Below are positions 24,242 through 31,079 of a stretch of 31,079 nt of DNA, piece by piece. The DNA is taken from positions 1 through 31,079 of the IMG/VR virus record IMGVR_UViG_3300046811_000086; one strand, 5' to 3'. The stretch comes from a virus (taxonomy: Duplodnaviria > Caudoviricetes). The stretch's first letter is position 1. Each line of letters begins with the position of its first letter. The notes under the pieces were generated by a model, which searched no databases, had not been told where the DNA came from, and was given only the letters and a program-made list of their open reading frames with translations. Made by a program: the position numbers and the translations under genes.

Positions 24242-24732
24242 GGATGGCCTGTAGTCTGCGCCCAGCGCGGCGGTAGTGTCAAGGATTTGACGGCGTCAAG
24301 AGATTGACGAGTCGCGATGGCGTGCTCGGCCATCCTGATCGTGATGGCCAGATTGTGGAGCAAATCGTTCCGAAAGGGAACGACACGTCGGATTGCTCGA
24401 ACAGACGCTTCACCGAGACGCGGGATGTTCAGCAATTGGCTGTCGAAGAGGACGGCAACATCGTCGACGGTGATAACCCCTGCCTTGCGTAGGGCACGCA
24501 CAATTCGCGTCGCGAGCTGGGGCGGGTCGATAGATGCAAAGCCGGTCTCGATCAGGACACCGTCCGGGTTCCGCGCCTTGGTGGCGGCACTCAGCAATCG
24601 CTTTACGTCCGTGAGGTCAGCCAACCGCCTCTCGCGCCGCCGCGGCACATCGACCACTGGCCCCGTCTCCGTCCCGAGCAGCGCCCGCGTCTCCTGATAG
24701 GCCCGATGCTGCGCCGCCGTTAGCTTCTTCAT
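24169..24732 (-). CDS. Protein with an RNA polymerase alpha-CTD-like (HhH) domain
   Basis: LATRIVRALRKAGVITVDDVAVLFDSQLLNIPRLGEASVRAIRRVV aligns by eye with the RpoA CTD pattern LSVRS.NCLK.AGI.TV.DL....E.DLL.I.NLG.KS..EI. The 3' end overlaps the scaffold start. Confidence 0.65.
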   Translation of the reverse strand: MKKLTAAQHRAYQETRALLGTETGPVVDVPRRRERRLADLTDVKRLLSAATKARNPDGVLIETGFASIDPPQLATRIVRALRKAGVITVDDVAVLFDSQLLNIPRLGEASVRAIRRVVPFRNDLLHNLAITIRMAEHAIATRQSLDAVKSLTLPPRWAQTTGHPWPTSSRFPALTPAVPPPNRPNCR

Positions 24733-24754
24733 ATTGGTATACTTTTTATATCAC
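24733..24754. promoter_or_regulatory. Compact 22-bp divergent promoter region with extended -10 motifs on both strands
   Basis: Plus strand TGgTATACT (24735-24743) precedes hicA ATG 24755; minus strand TGaTATAAA (24753-24745) precedes ATG 24732. There is no room for a normal RBS. Confidence 0.5.
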
Positions 24755-24940
24755 ATGACGGTGCGCGAGGTGCTAAAGCGATTGGTTGCCGATGGGTGGA
24801 TCGAACTCAAGGCCAAAGGCGGCAGCCATCGGCAATTCGTGCATCCGACGAAACCCGGCAAGGTCACGGTCCCAGACCACGGCGGCGACCTGAAGCCGGG
24901 GACGCTCCACAGTATCTGGAAACAGGCAGGACTGAAATGA
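24755..24940 (+). CDS. hicA: HicA-family mRNA interferase toxin, 61 aa
   Basis: MTVREVLKRLVADGWIELKAKGGSHRQFVHPTKPGKVTVPDHGGDLKPGTLHSIWKQAGLK, with GSH, VTVP.H and GTL.SI.KQAG motifs. Confidence 0.92.
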   Translation: MTVREVLKRLVADGWIELKAKGGSHRQFVHPTKPGKVTVPDHGGDLKPGTLHSIWKQAGLK

Positions 24941-25185
24941 GGGCCAGGATGGTAAACGAACCGGAGACACTCGACGCCCTGCGCCGTCGTATCGAAGACC
25001 TCGAGCGCGTGTGCGCGGAAGCCTACCAGTTGGCGGGCGTGGTCGGCGCACCGGTCTGCGTGCTCGATAATCTCGCGGCGGCCGCGGACGGGCTCCCCAT
25101 TCCACATGCGTCCTTTCTCCCTATCACCGCCGACGACTGCGAGGCCGTGCGCGAACGGCCGGTGAACCTCCGCGATGCCCGCTAA
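24937..25185 (+). CDS. Hypothetical protein, 82 aa, in the position normally held by HicB
   Basis: ATGA coupling to the hicA stop; no recognisable HicB pattern. Confidence 0.6.
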   Translation: MRARMVNEPETLDALRRRIEDLERVCAEAYQLAGVVGAPVCVLDNLAAAADGLPIPHASFLPITADDCEAVRERPVNLRDAR

Positions 25186-25423
25186 GAAGAAAGCGGCCAC
25201 CGCGATCACGGCGAAGGCGTTCGACCGGAAGTTTGACGCGGGCGAGGACGTCAAGGAGTACCTCGACCTGAGCAAGGCCCGCCGCCCTGGCCGCGAGGTC
25301 CAGCGCGTCAATGTCGATTTCACGGTGGACATGCTGCAGGCGATCGACGCCGAAGCCACCCGCCTCGGCGTGACGCGGCAGGCGTTCATCAAGATCCGGA
25401 TGGCCGACGCGCTCCGGCGGTGA
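25175..25423 (+). CDS. BrnA/CopG-family ribbon-helix-helix antitoxin, 82 aa
   Basis: AKAFDRKFDAGEDVKEYLDLSKARRPG...RVNVDFTVDMLQAIDAEATRLGVTRQAFIK matches the BrnA-type antitoxin pattern. Confidence 0.8.
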   Translation: MPAKKKAATAITAKAFDRKFDAGEDVKEYLDLSKARRPGREVQRVNVDFTVDMLQAIDAEATRLGVTRQAFIKIRMADALRR

Positions 25424-25456
25424 GAGGGTTGAGACGCTTGATCTCTCTCAGCCGCC

Positions 25457-26053
25457 TCACACCAGCAACTGCGCGCCGAGTTGCGCCGCGAGCTCGGAGA
25501 GGTCCGGCGGCATCAGACGCCAGTCGGCGCGGCACTTAAGGCAGCGTGTGATTTCGGATGCGCCAAGCGATAGCGCGGTGCCCTGCTCGTAAGCACGAAG
25601 ACAGGCTCGACAATACGAGTGACGCCCATTGAAACGGGCGCGCTGCATCGGAAAAGCTTTGAGCGGCTTCACAGCGTGACATCGCGAGCACAAAGCATCC
25701 GTCCACGGATTCCCACCAGCCGCTTGGATTCTCATCCGCGCATGCAGCTGCATGTGATAGGCCTGATCCTGACAAATAACCAACGGAGCATCATCTCGGC
25801 GCGAGCCGTCCGCGTGATGGACAATCGCGCCGGGAGGTAATAGTTTCCCAAGGGCCTTCTCGGCTCGCTGGACGTGAAGAAAGACCCGTCGGCCACGATT
25901 CGTTTGTCGATACCATGCGACGACAGGCTGTCGATGATGCCCTTTGATGAACCGGCGTGGTTGACCTAGCACGAGTCCCCGGCGCGGATCGTTCTGCGGT
26001 GAAATCCTCGTCCGACCACCGCAGCCACACTCACAATATCCAGGCTCGATCAT
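25457..26053 (-). CDS. HNH-like endonuclease with Zn-binding motifs, 198 aa
   Basis: N-terminal CECGCG, central HVQRAEKALGKLLPPGAIVHHADGSRRDD..LVIC.DQAYHMQLH and C-terminal CSRC...CRAC; ATG immediately follows the portal stop. Confidence 0.7.
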   Translation of the reverse strand: MIEPGYCECGCGGRTRISPQNDPRRGLVLGQPRRFIKGHHRQPVVAWYRQTNRGRRVFLHVQRAEKALGKLLPPGAIVHHADGSRRDDAPLVICQDQAYHMQLHARMRIQAAGGNPWTDALCSRCHAVKPLKAFPMQRARFNGRHSYCRACLRAYEQGTALSLGASEITRCLKCRADWRLMPPDLSELAAQLGAQLLV

Positions 26054-28513
26054 TTAGCCTCCACCCATCGGGACTGGTTCTTGCGCAGGCGGGGGAGGCT
26101 GGGCTCCTTGCTCAAGGGCCTGGACGTGTTCTTGAGCGCCGAGCGCGGCCTCATGCGCTCGATCGCGGGCGGCCTGATCAGCTTCGTGTGCTTGCACGCC
26201 GAGCCTGTTCCGCTCGTCCATAAAGAGCTGCATTCGATCGACCTTGGCACCCAATTCAGCCACGGCAAGTTTGACCTCTCGGTCAGCCGCCGCGATCCGT
26301 TCTTTGGAGTCAAGCTCCATCTGTGTTCTTTGAATTTCTGTACGATACTTCGCGTTGTCGCTCTGGATTTCCTGCGAGGCGTGCTGCAGCAGTTTTTCGG
26401 CGTCCTGCAGGCGCTGCTGCAGCTGCTGCATCTGCGCCGCGATCGGCGGCGGAATCGCGCCCTGGCCTTGCGCCTGCTGCGTCAGCATCTGCTGGATCGG
26501 TGGCGCCAGCATCACCTTCGCGCGCTCAGCCATCTCGAGGTGCCCAGGCCCGTCTTGGTTTTTCAAGAACAAGTCGCCGAACCAGGTAATGAGCTGCGGG
26601 TTCGCCTGAATCAGGTCGGCCATCATCGAGGCCTCTTCCTGCCGGCGAGAATCGAAGGCCTTGGTCACGCGGACGACGACGTTGAAGGTCGCGTCCGGCG
26701 TCAGCGTGTAGACGGGCGGCGTCGGGGGCGGCGCCGGCGGCCGCATCATGCCTGGCGGCATCCCCGGCGGCATCATCCCTGGAGGCGGTGCGCCCATTGG
26801 TCCCGGCGGCGGTCCCCCTGGTCCCATCGGCGTGGGGGCGCCAGCGGGAGGCGGCCCAGGCAGACCTGGCATCGGCGGGCCGCCAGGCGCACCACCCATC
26901 GGCGGCGGCATCATCCCTGGCATGGTGCTCGTCGCGCCTTGACCCATTCCCGGCGGCATGAACGTCGGCGTCGGCCGCTGCCCGATCTGCACGGTCTCAG
27001 GCTCGCCTTGGCCGTTGATGATCCGTGCGAGCCTGCCTGGCCGCTTGCCATAAATCGGATAGAGCAGATTATTCACGATCTGCCCTTCGTATCGCATGCT
27101 GCGCCGGAGGTTATTCAAGAAGTGGCTGGTGCCGTGCTGCGACTGCGCGATGAGCACCTGCGCCATTTTGCCGCTGCGAATGCTTGAATCCTGCCGGCCG
27201 ATGTTCGCGTCGGGCACGCCGGTCGTGCTCTTGATCGCCTGGTCAAACATCTGCACGCTAAGGGCGAGGTCGTTGATCGGCGTATCGACCGGCGTCCGGA
27301 ACGGCGGCGGCGCCGGATTGCCCATGAGGTCCGTGGTCTTATACGGCAAGGCCGGCAGCGTCCGCGTCGTCGCCGCCTGATACCACGCGCGATAGACTTC
27401 CCACGTCCCCTCGGCCACCATCCACGGCGGAATCGGCGTCAGGCCGACCGTCTCCACCAGTTTGCTGACCATCGAGTTGTAACCCTGGTTACTATCGCGC
27501 GCCGGCCGCACCATGCCTTCGGCGCGCCGCTCCTGATCGTAGGGGTGGAGCTCCTCGCCGAGGACTTTGACGATCGGAATATCCGGCCCGCCCCAGTCGG
27601 TCTCATCGAGCTTCTGCACGCCGTCGATCTTCGCCCACTGAATGTGCTTCTCGACCACGCGCCGCGTCTCGATCGGGTCCGGTGCGTCGTCGGGGAGCTC
27701 GTCCTGCCACGCGAGCGTGTCATCCGGCATCGTGCAGAGGGTCCGCGTCTCCCGCTCGGTATACCAGTAGTCAACCACCCGCACGCTCTTCGTGAGCTCG
27801 TTCGTATCCGAGAACCACCCGGGCGCCTCGTCGCCGAGCGCCCGCCACTCCATGTCGGAGGCCGCCGCGGCCCGTGCGACGCGGTTCTTCCCAAACTCCG
27901 CTTCGTATTGCGCGATCGGCATGTCGATGCCGACGAATCCCCACTCCGCATCACTCCCGTCGGGTTGTTCATGCGCCGGGTCGAGGCTGACGCTGGCCTG
28001 GTTGTAATAGCGGTGAATGTAGACCTCTTGGTCGCGCGATTTTCCCGGCAGATAGCGCGTCATCACGCCGTAATAGCCGCGGCCGGCAATCGCCGCGCGT
28101 GACGCGGCCCAGAGACGCGCATCGGTCGCCTCCGGCGCGCGTTGAATGCCGCGGACCAGGCCTTCGCGCACATCAATCTCGCGGTCGCGGTCGGCATTCG
28201 GCGTCGCGAGCGGCCCGAAGTCGTCGGCGGCGGCAATCGTGATCGTAAATTCGGCGCCCTCTTCCTGGTTGAGGACTTGTCGGACGGGTTCGCGGACCTT
28301 GTTGATCGTCAGTGTCGGCCGTTCCGGCGTCGGCGGCAGATTGCCGAGCGCCTGCTGCCCTTGGCGCTGCATCTTGGCTTCAGCAGACCACTGGTCACCA
28401 CTATAAAATTTTATGTCGTCCAATTCCCGCTTGCGCTGTTCCTGATCGGCCTGTTCAGCCTGGTGAAATCTATCGCGCGCCAATTTAATGAAGTCGTCTT
28501 CTGTTTTACTCAT
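26054..28513 (-). CDS. Portal protein, P22 gp1-like (start ATG 28513)
   Basis: DDIKFYSGDQW, RPTLTINKV, LDP.....DGSDAEWGFV, IPIVKVLGEE...GMVRPARDSNQGYN and SGKM...Q; long C-terminal coiled coil. Confidence 0.9.
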   Translation of the reverse strand: MSKTEDDFIKLARDRFHQAEQADQEQRKRELDDIKFYSGDQWSAEAKMQRQGQQALGNLPPTPERPTLTINKVREPVRQVLNQEEGAEFTITIAAADDFGPLATPNADRDREIDVREGLVRGIQRAPEATDARLWAASRAAIAGRGYYGVMTRYLPGKSRDQEVYIHRYYNQASVSLDPAHEQPDGSDAEWGFVGIDMPIAQYEAEFGKNRVARAAAASDMEWRALGDEAPGWFSDTNELTKSVRVVDYWYTERETRTLCTMPDDTLAWQDELPDDAPDPIETRRVVEKHIQWAKIDGVQKLDETDWGGPDIPIVKVLGEELHPYDQERRAEGMVRPARDSNQGYNSMVSKLVETVGLTPIPPWMVAEGTWEVYRAWYQAATTRTLPALPYKTTDLMGNPAPPPFRTPVDTPINDLALSVQMFDQAIKSTTGVPDANIGRQDSSIRSGKMAQVLIAQSQHGTSHFLNNLRRSMRYEGQIVNNLLYPIYGKRPGRLARIINGQGEPETVQIGQRPTPTFMPPGMGQGATSTMPGMMPPPMGGAPGGPPMPGLPGPPPAGAPTPMGPGGPPPGPMGAPPPGMMPPGMPPGMMRPPAPPPTPPVYTLTPDATFNVVVRVTKAFDSRRQEEASMMADLIQANPQLITWFGDLFLKNQDGPGHLEMAERAKVMLAPPIQQMLTQQAQGQGAIPPPIAAQMQQLQQRLQDAEKLLQHASQEIQSDNAKYRTEIQRTQMELDSKERIAAADREVKLAVAELGAKVDRMQLFMDERNRLGVQAHEADQAARDRAHEAALGAQEHVQALEQGAQPPPPAQEPVPMGGG

Positions 28514-28896
28514 CGGCCGCATACCAGCCAGCGCAGGCGCTGTGAAAGGGACAGATCTTTCGGCAGCAAACCGCGCTGCACGGTCTGCATCGTGGCGAGG
28601 TGATCATCGTGAATCACGATCATGCCCTCGAGAATGACGACGCGCGTCTCGAGCCGGCGCAGTTCTTCGGCGCACTCCTGCCGTGCGTCGGCAATGCGCT
28701 GTTCGCTACCGTGCGCGTGCCGCTCGAGCGCGGTTAATCGTTCATCGACATTCTCGAGGCGCGCGGTGCTTGCGTTGAGGTTCGGCAGGATCTGGTGATT
28801 GATCGCGTTGGTCTGCGCGTCGATGATGTCGATCGCGTCGGCGCCGACGGTGCGCCGCACCTCACGCCGCAGCGCGCGGGCGGCGCGGCCGTTCAT
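28510..28896 (-). CDS. Hypothetical coiled-coil protein (MNGRAARALRREV...)
   Basis: ATGA couplings on both sides; heptad pattern. Confidence 0.6.
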   Translation of the reverse strand: MNGRAARALRREVRRTVGADAIDIIDAQTNAINHQILPNLNASTARLENVDERLTALERHAHGSEQRIADARQECAEELRRLETRVVILEGMIVIHDDHLATMQTVQRGLLPKDLSLSQRLRWLVCGR

Positions 28897-29147
28897 CGCG
28901 TCGGCGCCTTGACGACGGCGCGTTTCTCTGTAATGCCGCCATACCGCTGCGAAATGATGCACACCCTCGCAGACATATCAGGCGTCAGATAACCGGGCGT
29001 CAACGGCGCGCACTCGACCTCGCCATTCGCGTTGAGACGGATCACCCTGAAGCGCCTCGGGCTGCCATTCGTCTCACGCAGCCACGGAGGCGCATCAGCG
29101 TTGGTGATGCTGATCACGTCACTGACCTGAAAAGCTGGCGCCATCAT
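28893..29147 (-). CDS. Hypothetical protein (MMAPAFQVSDVI...)
   Basis: ATGA couplings; 3' part of track ORF 28893..29228. Confidence 0.5.
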   Translation of the reverse strand: MMAPAFQVSDVISITNADAPPWLRETNGSPRRFRVIRLNANGEVECAPLTPGYLTPDMSARVCIISQRYGGITEKRAVVKAPTR

Positions 29148-29434
29148 CCGCGCCTCGCTTTCATGCGCGCGGCCCGCAACGCCGCGACGTCCTGCGCCGT
29201 GGGGATCTGATCGGCGGCAGTGTCCCACTGCTGCACGAATCGGATCGCGAAGCCGCTGGCTTCTCGCTGTTTGACTTGGTTCACGGTGTCTTGAATCAGC
29301 GCGCGTGTCGTTGCAGCGATGACCTCTGGTGATTCACCGTTGTCGCGCACTTCTGCGAGCAGTTCATCGTCGCTCAGACGCTCAAGATGATCAGCGAGAG
29401 CTTCGAACACACGGTTTATACGCTGCTCGGTCAT
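29144..29434 (-). CDS. Hypothetical protein (MTEQRINRVFEAL...)
   Basis: ATG 29434 overlaps the upstream stop; 3' part of track ORF 29144..29791. Confidence 0.55.
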   Translation of the reverse strand: MTEQRINRVFEALADHLERLSDDELLAEVRDNGESPEVIAATTRALIQDTVNQVKQREASGFAIRFVQQWDTAADQIPTAQDVAALRAARMKARRG

Positions 29435-29619
29435 TGCTTGGCTTTCAGCCGCGCCGCGTAGCTGCTCGCGTGCTCCGGTTTCCCCTTCATCGGCCCGCTG
29501 GCGAAATCGGAGAGTTGCGTTTTCGTCATCGCCTGCCGCAGCTGCTTCGCTTTCGGAAACGTCGCGCCGTGTTCGGCCGCGGCGAACAGACGTTGTTGGG
29601 CCTTGCTGGTGGACGGCAT
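29431..29619 (-). CDS. DUF3008-like small basic protein, 62 aa
   Basis: MPSTSKAQQRLFAAA...AKQLRQAMTKTQLSDFAS resembles the MPAKSKAQQ...M....L.DFAS pattern. Confidence 0.65.
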   Translation of the reverse strand: MPSTSKAQQRLFAAAEHGATFPKAKQLRQAMTKTQLSDFASGPMKGKPEHASSYAARLKAKQ

Positions 29620-29852
29620 CAGGGTGTCTCCGTGGTCGGCGGCAGCGGCAGGGTGTCGGTGACGCGCGCAAACGCCGTGCGATCGAACGCCAGACCGTCC
29701 GGCGCCGCCGGTCGGTCAAACACGCCGGCGTCATTCGCCTCCAACGCCCAGCGTAAAAACGCCGCGCGTGCGTGTCGGCTGTCCATCGCACGCAGCGCCA
29801 GGCTGATGGTCATTAAGGCGCGCACTTCGGGCGAGTGTTTTCGCCGGGGCAT
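29619..29852 (-). CDS. Hypothetical protein (MPRRKHSPEV...)
   Basis: TAATG/TGATG couplings with neighbours. Confidence 0.55.
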   Translation of the reverse strand: MPRRKHSPEVRALMTISLALRAMDSRHARAAFLRWALEANDAGVFDRPAAPDGLAFDRTAFARVTDTLPLPPTTETP

Positions 29853-30271
29853 TAGTGCGCCTCCGAACGCCACATGTCGGCGTTCATGTGATCGCCTTGA
29901 TGCCCCGCGATCATCACGCACGGCGTCCCCATCACCGTCGCCTGACACTGCGGCGGATACGTCACCTCGCCAGCAGACGATCCAGGCGTTGGCTTTGACG
30001 GTGGCAGCGGCGGCGGATTCAACATCTGCGGCGTGAGCGCGCCGCCGGCCGTTGGCGACAGCGGCGCCTGATATGGTCCCCAGACCGCTGCCCCTAGCGT
30101 GAGCGTCGCCGGGTCCACGCGCGCGAGCTCGTCCAACCGTGCGTCAATCTCGCGGATATCCATCGCGGCATCGGCCACGCCGTGGAGATCGTTCGCGTCC
30201 AGCTTCATCCGCGCATACGCCACCAACTGCGCCTTCTGCTGCTCGAGCGCCGCGCGTCGGTCCTCACTCAT
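29852..30271 (-). CDS. Hypothetical protein, 139 aa
   Basis: AGGAG RBS; helical N-terminus, Pro-rich linker and C-terminal C...C...GH.GDH motif. Confidence 0.65.
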   Translation of the reverse strand: MSEDRRAALEQQKAQLVAYARMKLDANDLHGVADAAMDIREIDARLDELARVDPATLTLGAAVWGPYQAPLSPTAGGALTPQMLNPPPLPPSKPTPGSSAGEVTYPPQCQATVMGTPCVMIAGHQGDHMNADMWRSEAH

Positions 30272-30387
30272 ACCGGACTCCTGTTCGGCCGCATTCTACA
30301 CCCCACCTATCTCTCACACGCATGGATCCACACAGACCCATCCACGCCGCCATCTCATCCAGCCCCGCCATGCTAGGCTGGGCGCCG

Positions 30388-30600
30388 ATGAATCTTTTGG
30401 AATCGTTGATCACCCAACAAGTGAGCGCCTCCGTCGTCACGACGCTCAGCCGCACCACCGATAAAATCGCGGAGCAGCTGGCCGCTGAAATCCTAAAAGA
30501 TCCCGAGTTCCGGACGCGCATGCGCGAACTCGTGAAGCGGGCCTTCGACCATGCCTTGGCGAGCCTGGACGCCGAGGCCCCGCCCGCGCCGCCCACGTAA
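30388..30600 (+). CDS. Small antisense hypothetical protein, 70 aa (MNLLESLITQQV...)
   Basis: Amphipathic helical sequence filling the gap between terL and 29852-30271, convergent with terL. Confidence 0.5.
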   Translation: MNLLESLITQQVSASVVTTLSRTTDKIAEQLAAEILKDPEFRTRMRELVKRAFDHALASLDAEAPPAPPT

Positions 30601-30604
30601 CCCC

Positions 30605-31079
30605 TCACGCCTGCCACGACGCCGCCGGTAACCACCGCCCCGCCGTCGTCTGCGCATCCCGCGGCGCTACCGGCATCGCAAACGTCAACGCCAACGCATC
30701 CGCATCATCCGGCGACGCCACCCCCCGCTTCCCCATCGATTCCTTCGACTCGAGCACCAACTTATTGTTCCGCAAATGAAAGCCCGGGCCCGCCAGGTCC
30801 AACGCCAACCGCCCCTTCGCGTCCATCCCCCGCGTATCAATCGCCCCCCGCGTCAACCACTCCTTCATCCGCCGCCACATCGTCGCCCGTAAATTCCCGT
30901 CGCCCTTCTCAATCGTCGGCCCGCCGAAATTCACCTCGAATACCTGCGTGAATCCCAACCCCCGCAACCGCACGACCACCGCGGCGCCAAACGCGCTGTC
31001 GATAAACACCGCATCGGGCGCGTGCGTCCGGATCGCCTCCACCAACGTCGCCACCACCAACGCCCGGTCATCCGCCGCC
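30605..31079 (-). CDS. terL: Terminase large subunit, C-terminal nuclease domain (5' part outside the window)
   Basis: VFIDSAFGAAVVVRL...EVNFGG...NLRATMWRRMKEWL...LESKESMGKRGVASPDDADALALTFA, located upstream of the portal. Confidence 0.88.
   Translation of the reverse strand, partial: AADDRALVVATLVEAIRTHAPDAVFIDSAFGAAVVVRLRGLGFTQVFEVNFGGPTIEKGDGNLRATMWRRMKEWLTRGAIDTRGMDAKGRLALDLAGPGFHLRNNKLVLESKESMGKRGVASPDDADALALTFAMPVAPRDAQTTAGRWLPAASWQA

Larger units (their letters stand above)
1..31079. mobile_element. Temperate phage genome segment with P22-like podovirus morphogenesis genes, integrase/attP and a CI/Cro switch; extends beyond both window edges
   Basis: Gene order terL-portal-scaffold-coat-head completion-gp10-ejection proteins on the minus strand, tyrosine integrase next to a tRNA 3' fragment, divergent XRE pair, no host housekeeping genes. 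Confidence 0.95.

Noticed and set aside
25421-25450. Possible terminator between the convergent BrnA-like and HNH genes
   Set aside because: Only a weak TGAGAG/CTCTCA stem with a long loop and no U-tract.

Overview
The whole 31 kb window is a GC-rich temperate phage genome with a P22-like (podovirus-type) virion module. On the minus strand, right to left, it encodes the terminase large subunit 3' end, portal, scaffold, P22 gp5-type coat, decoration and head-completion proteins, head-spike/fibre proteins, a gp10-like tail hub, four predicted ejection proteins and a putative glycoside hydrolase. These converge on an attP site (the 3' half of an initiator tRNA-Met flanked by GGGGCAAA arm repeats) next to a tyrosine integrase. 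Phage genes on both sides of the att core imply the excised or virion form. A CI/Cro-type divergent switch drives a leftward early operon that ends in a 5'-3' exonuclease. The standout is in that early operon: a solo Cas7/RAMP-like gene (1307-1954), with no other cas genes in the window, flanked by two arrays of about 90 and about 38 pentamers of the form GGY-NN (minus strand). Reading only the variable NN dinucleotides as codon positions 1-2 (wobble base skipped) gives peptides homologous, but not identical, to two neighbouring phage genes: the exonuclease N-terminus and ORF 2233-2460. Several self-mismatches are synonymous Leu/Ser/Arg codon-family swaps. This points to an RNA-guided system with a gapped code, aimed at related competitor phages while avoiding self. 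It resembles what I recall being described as VIPR systems; that recollection is unverified. Other oddities are a HicA / unknown ORF / BrnA chimeric toxin-antitoxin cassette, a phage protein with an RNA polymerase alpha-CTD-like domain, a degenerate ACP-like protein, a Pro/Gly/Met insertion in the portal, and two HNH-type endonucleases in the head module. All protein calls come from motif recognition by eye, not database searches.
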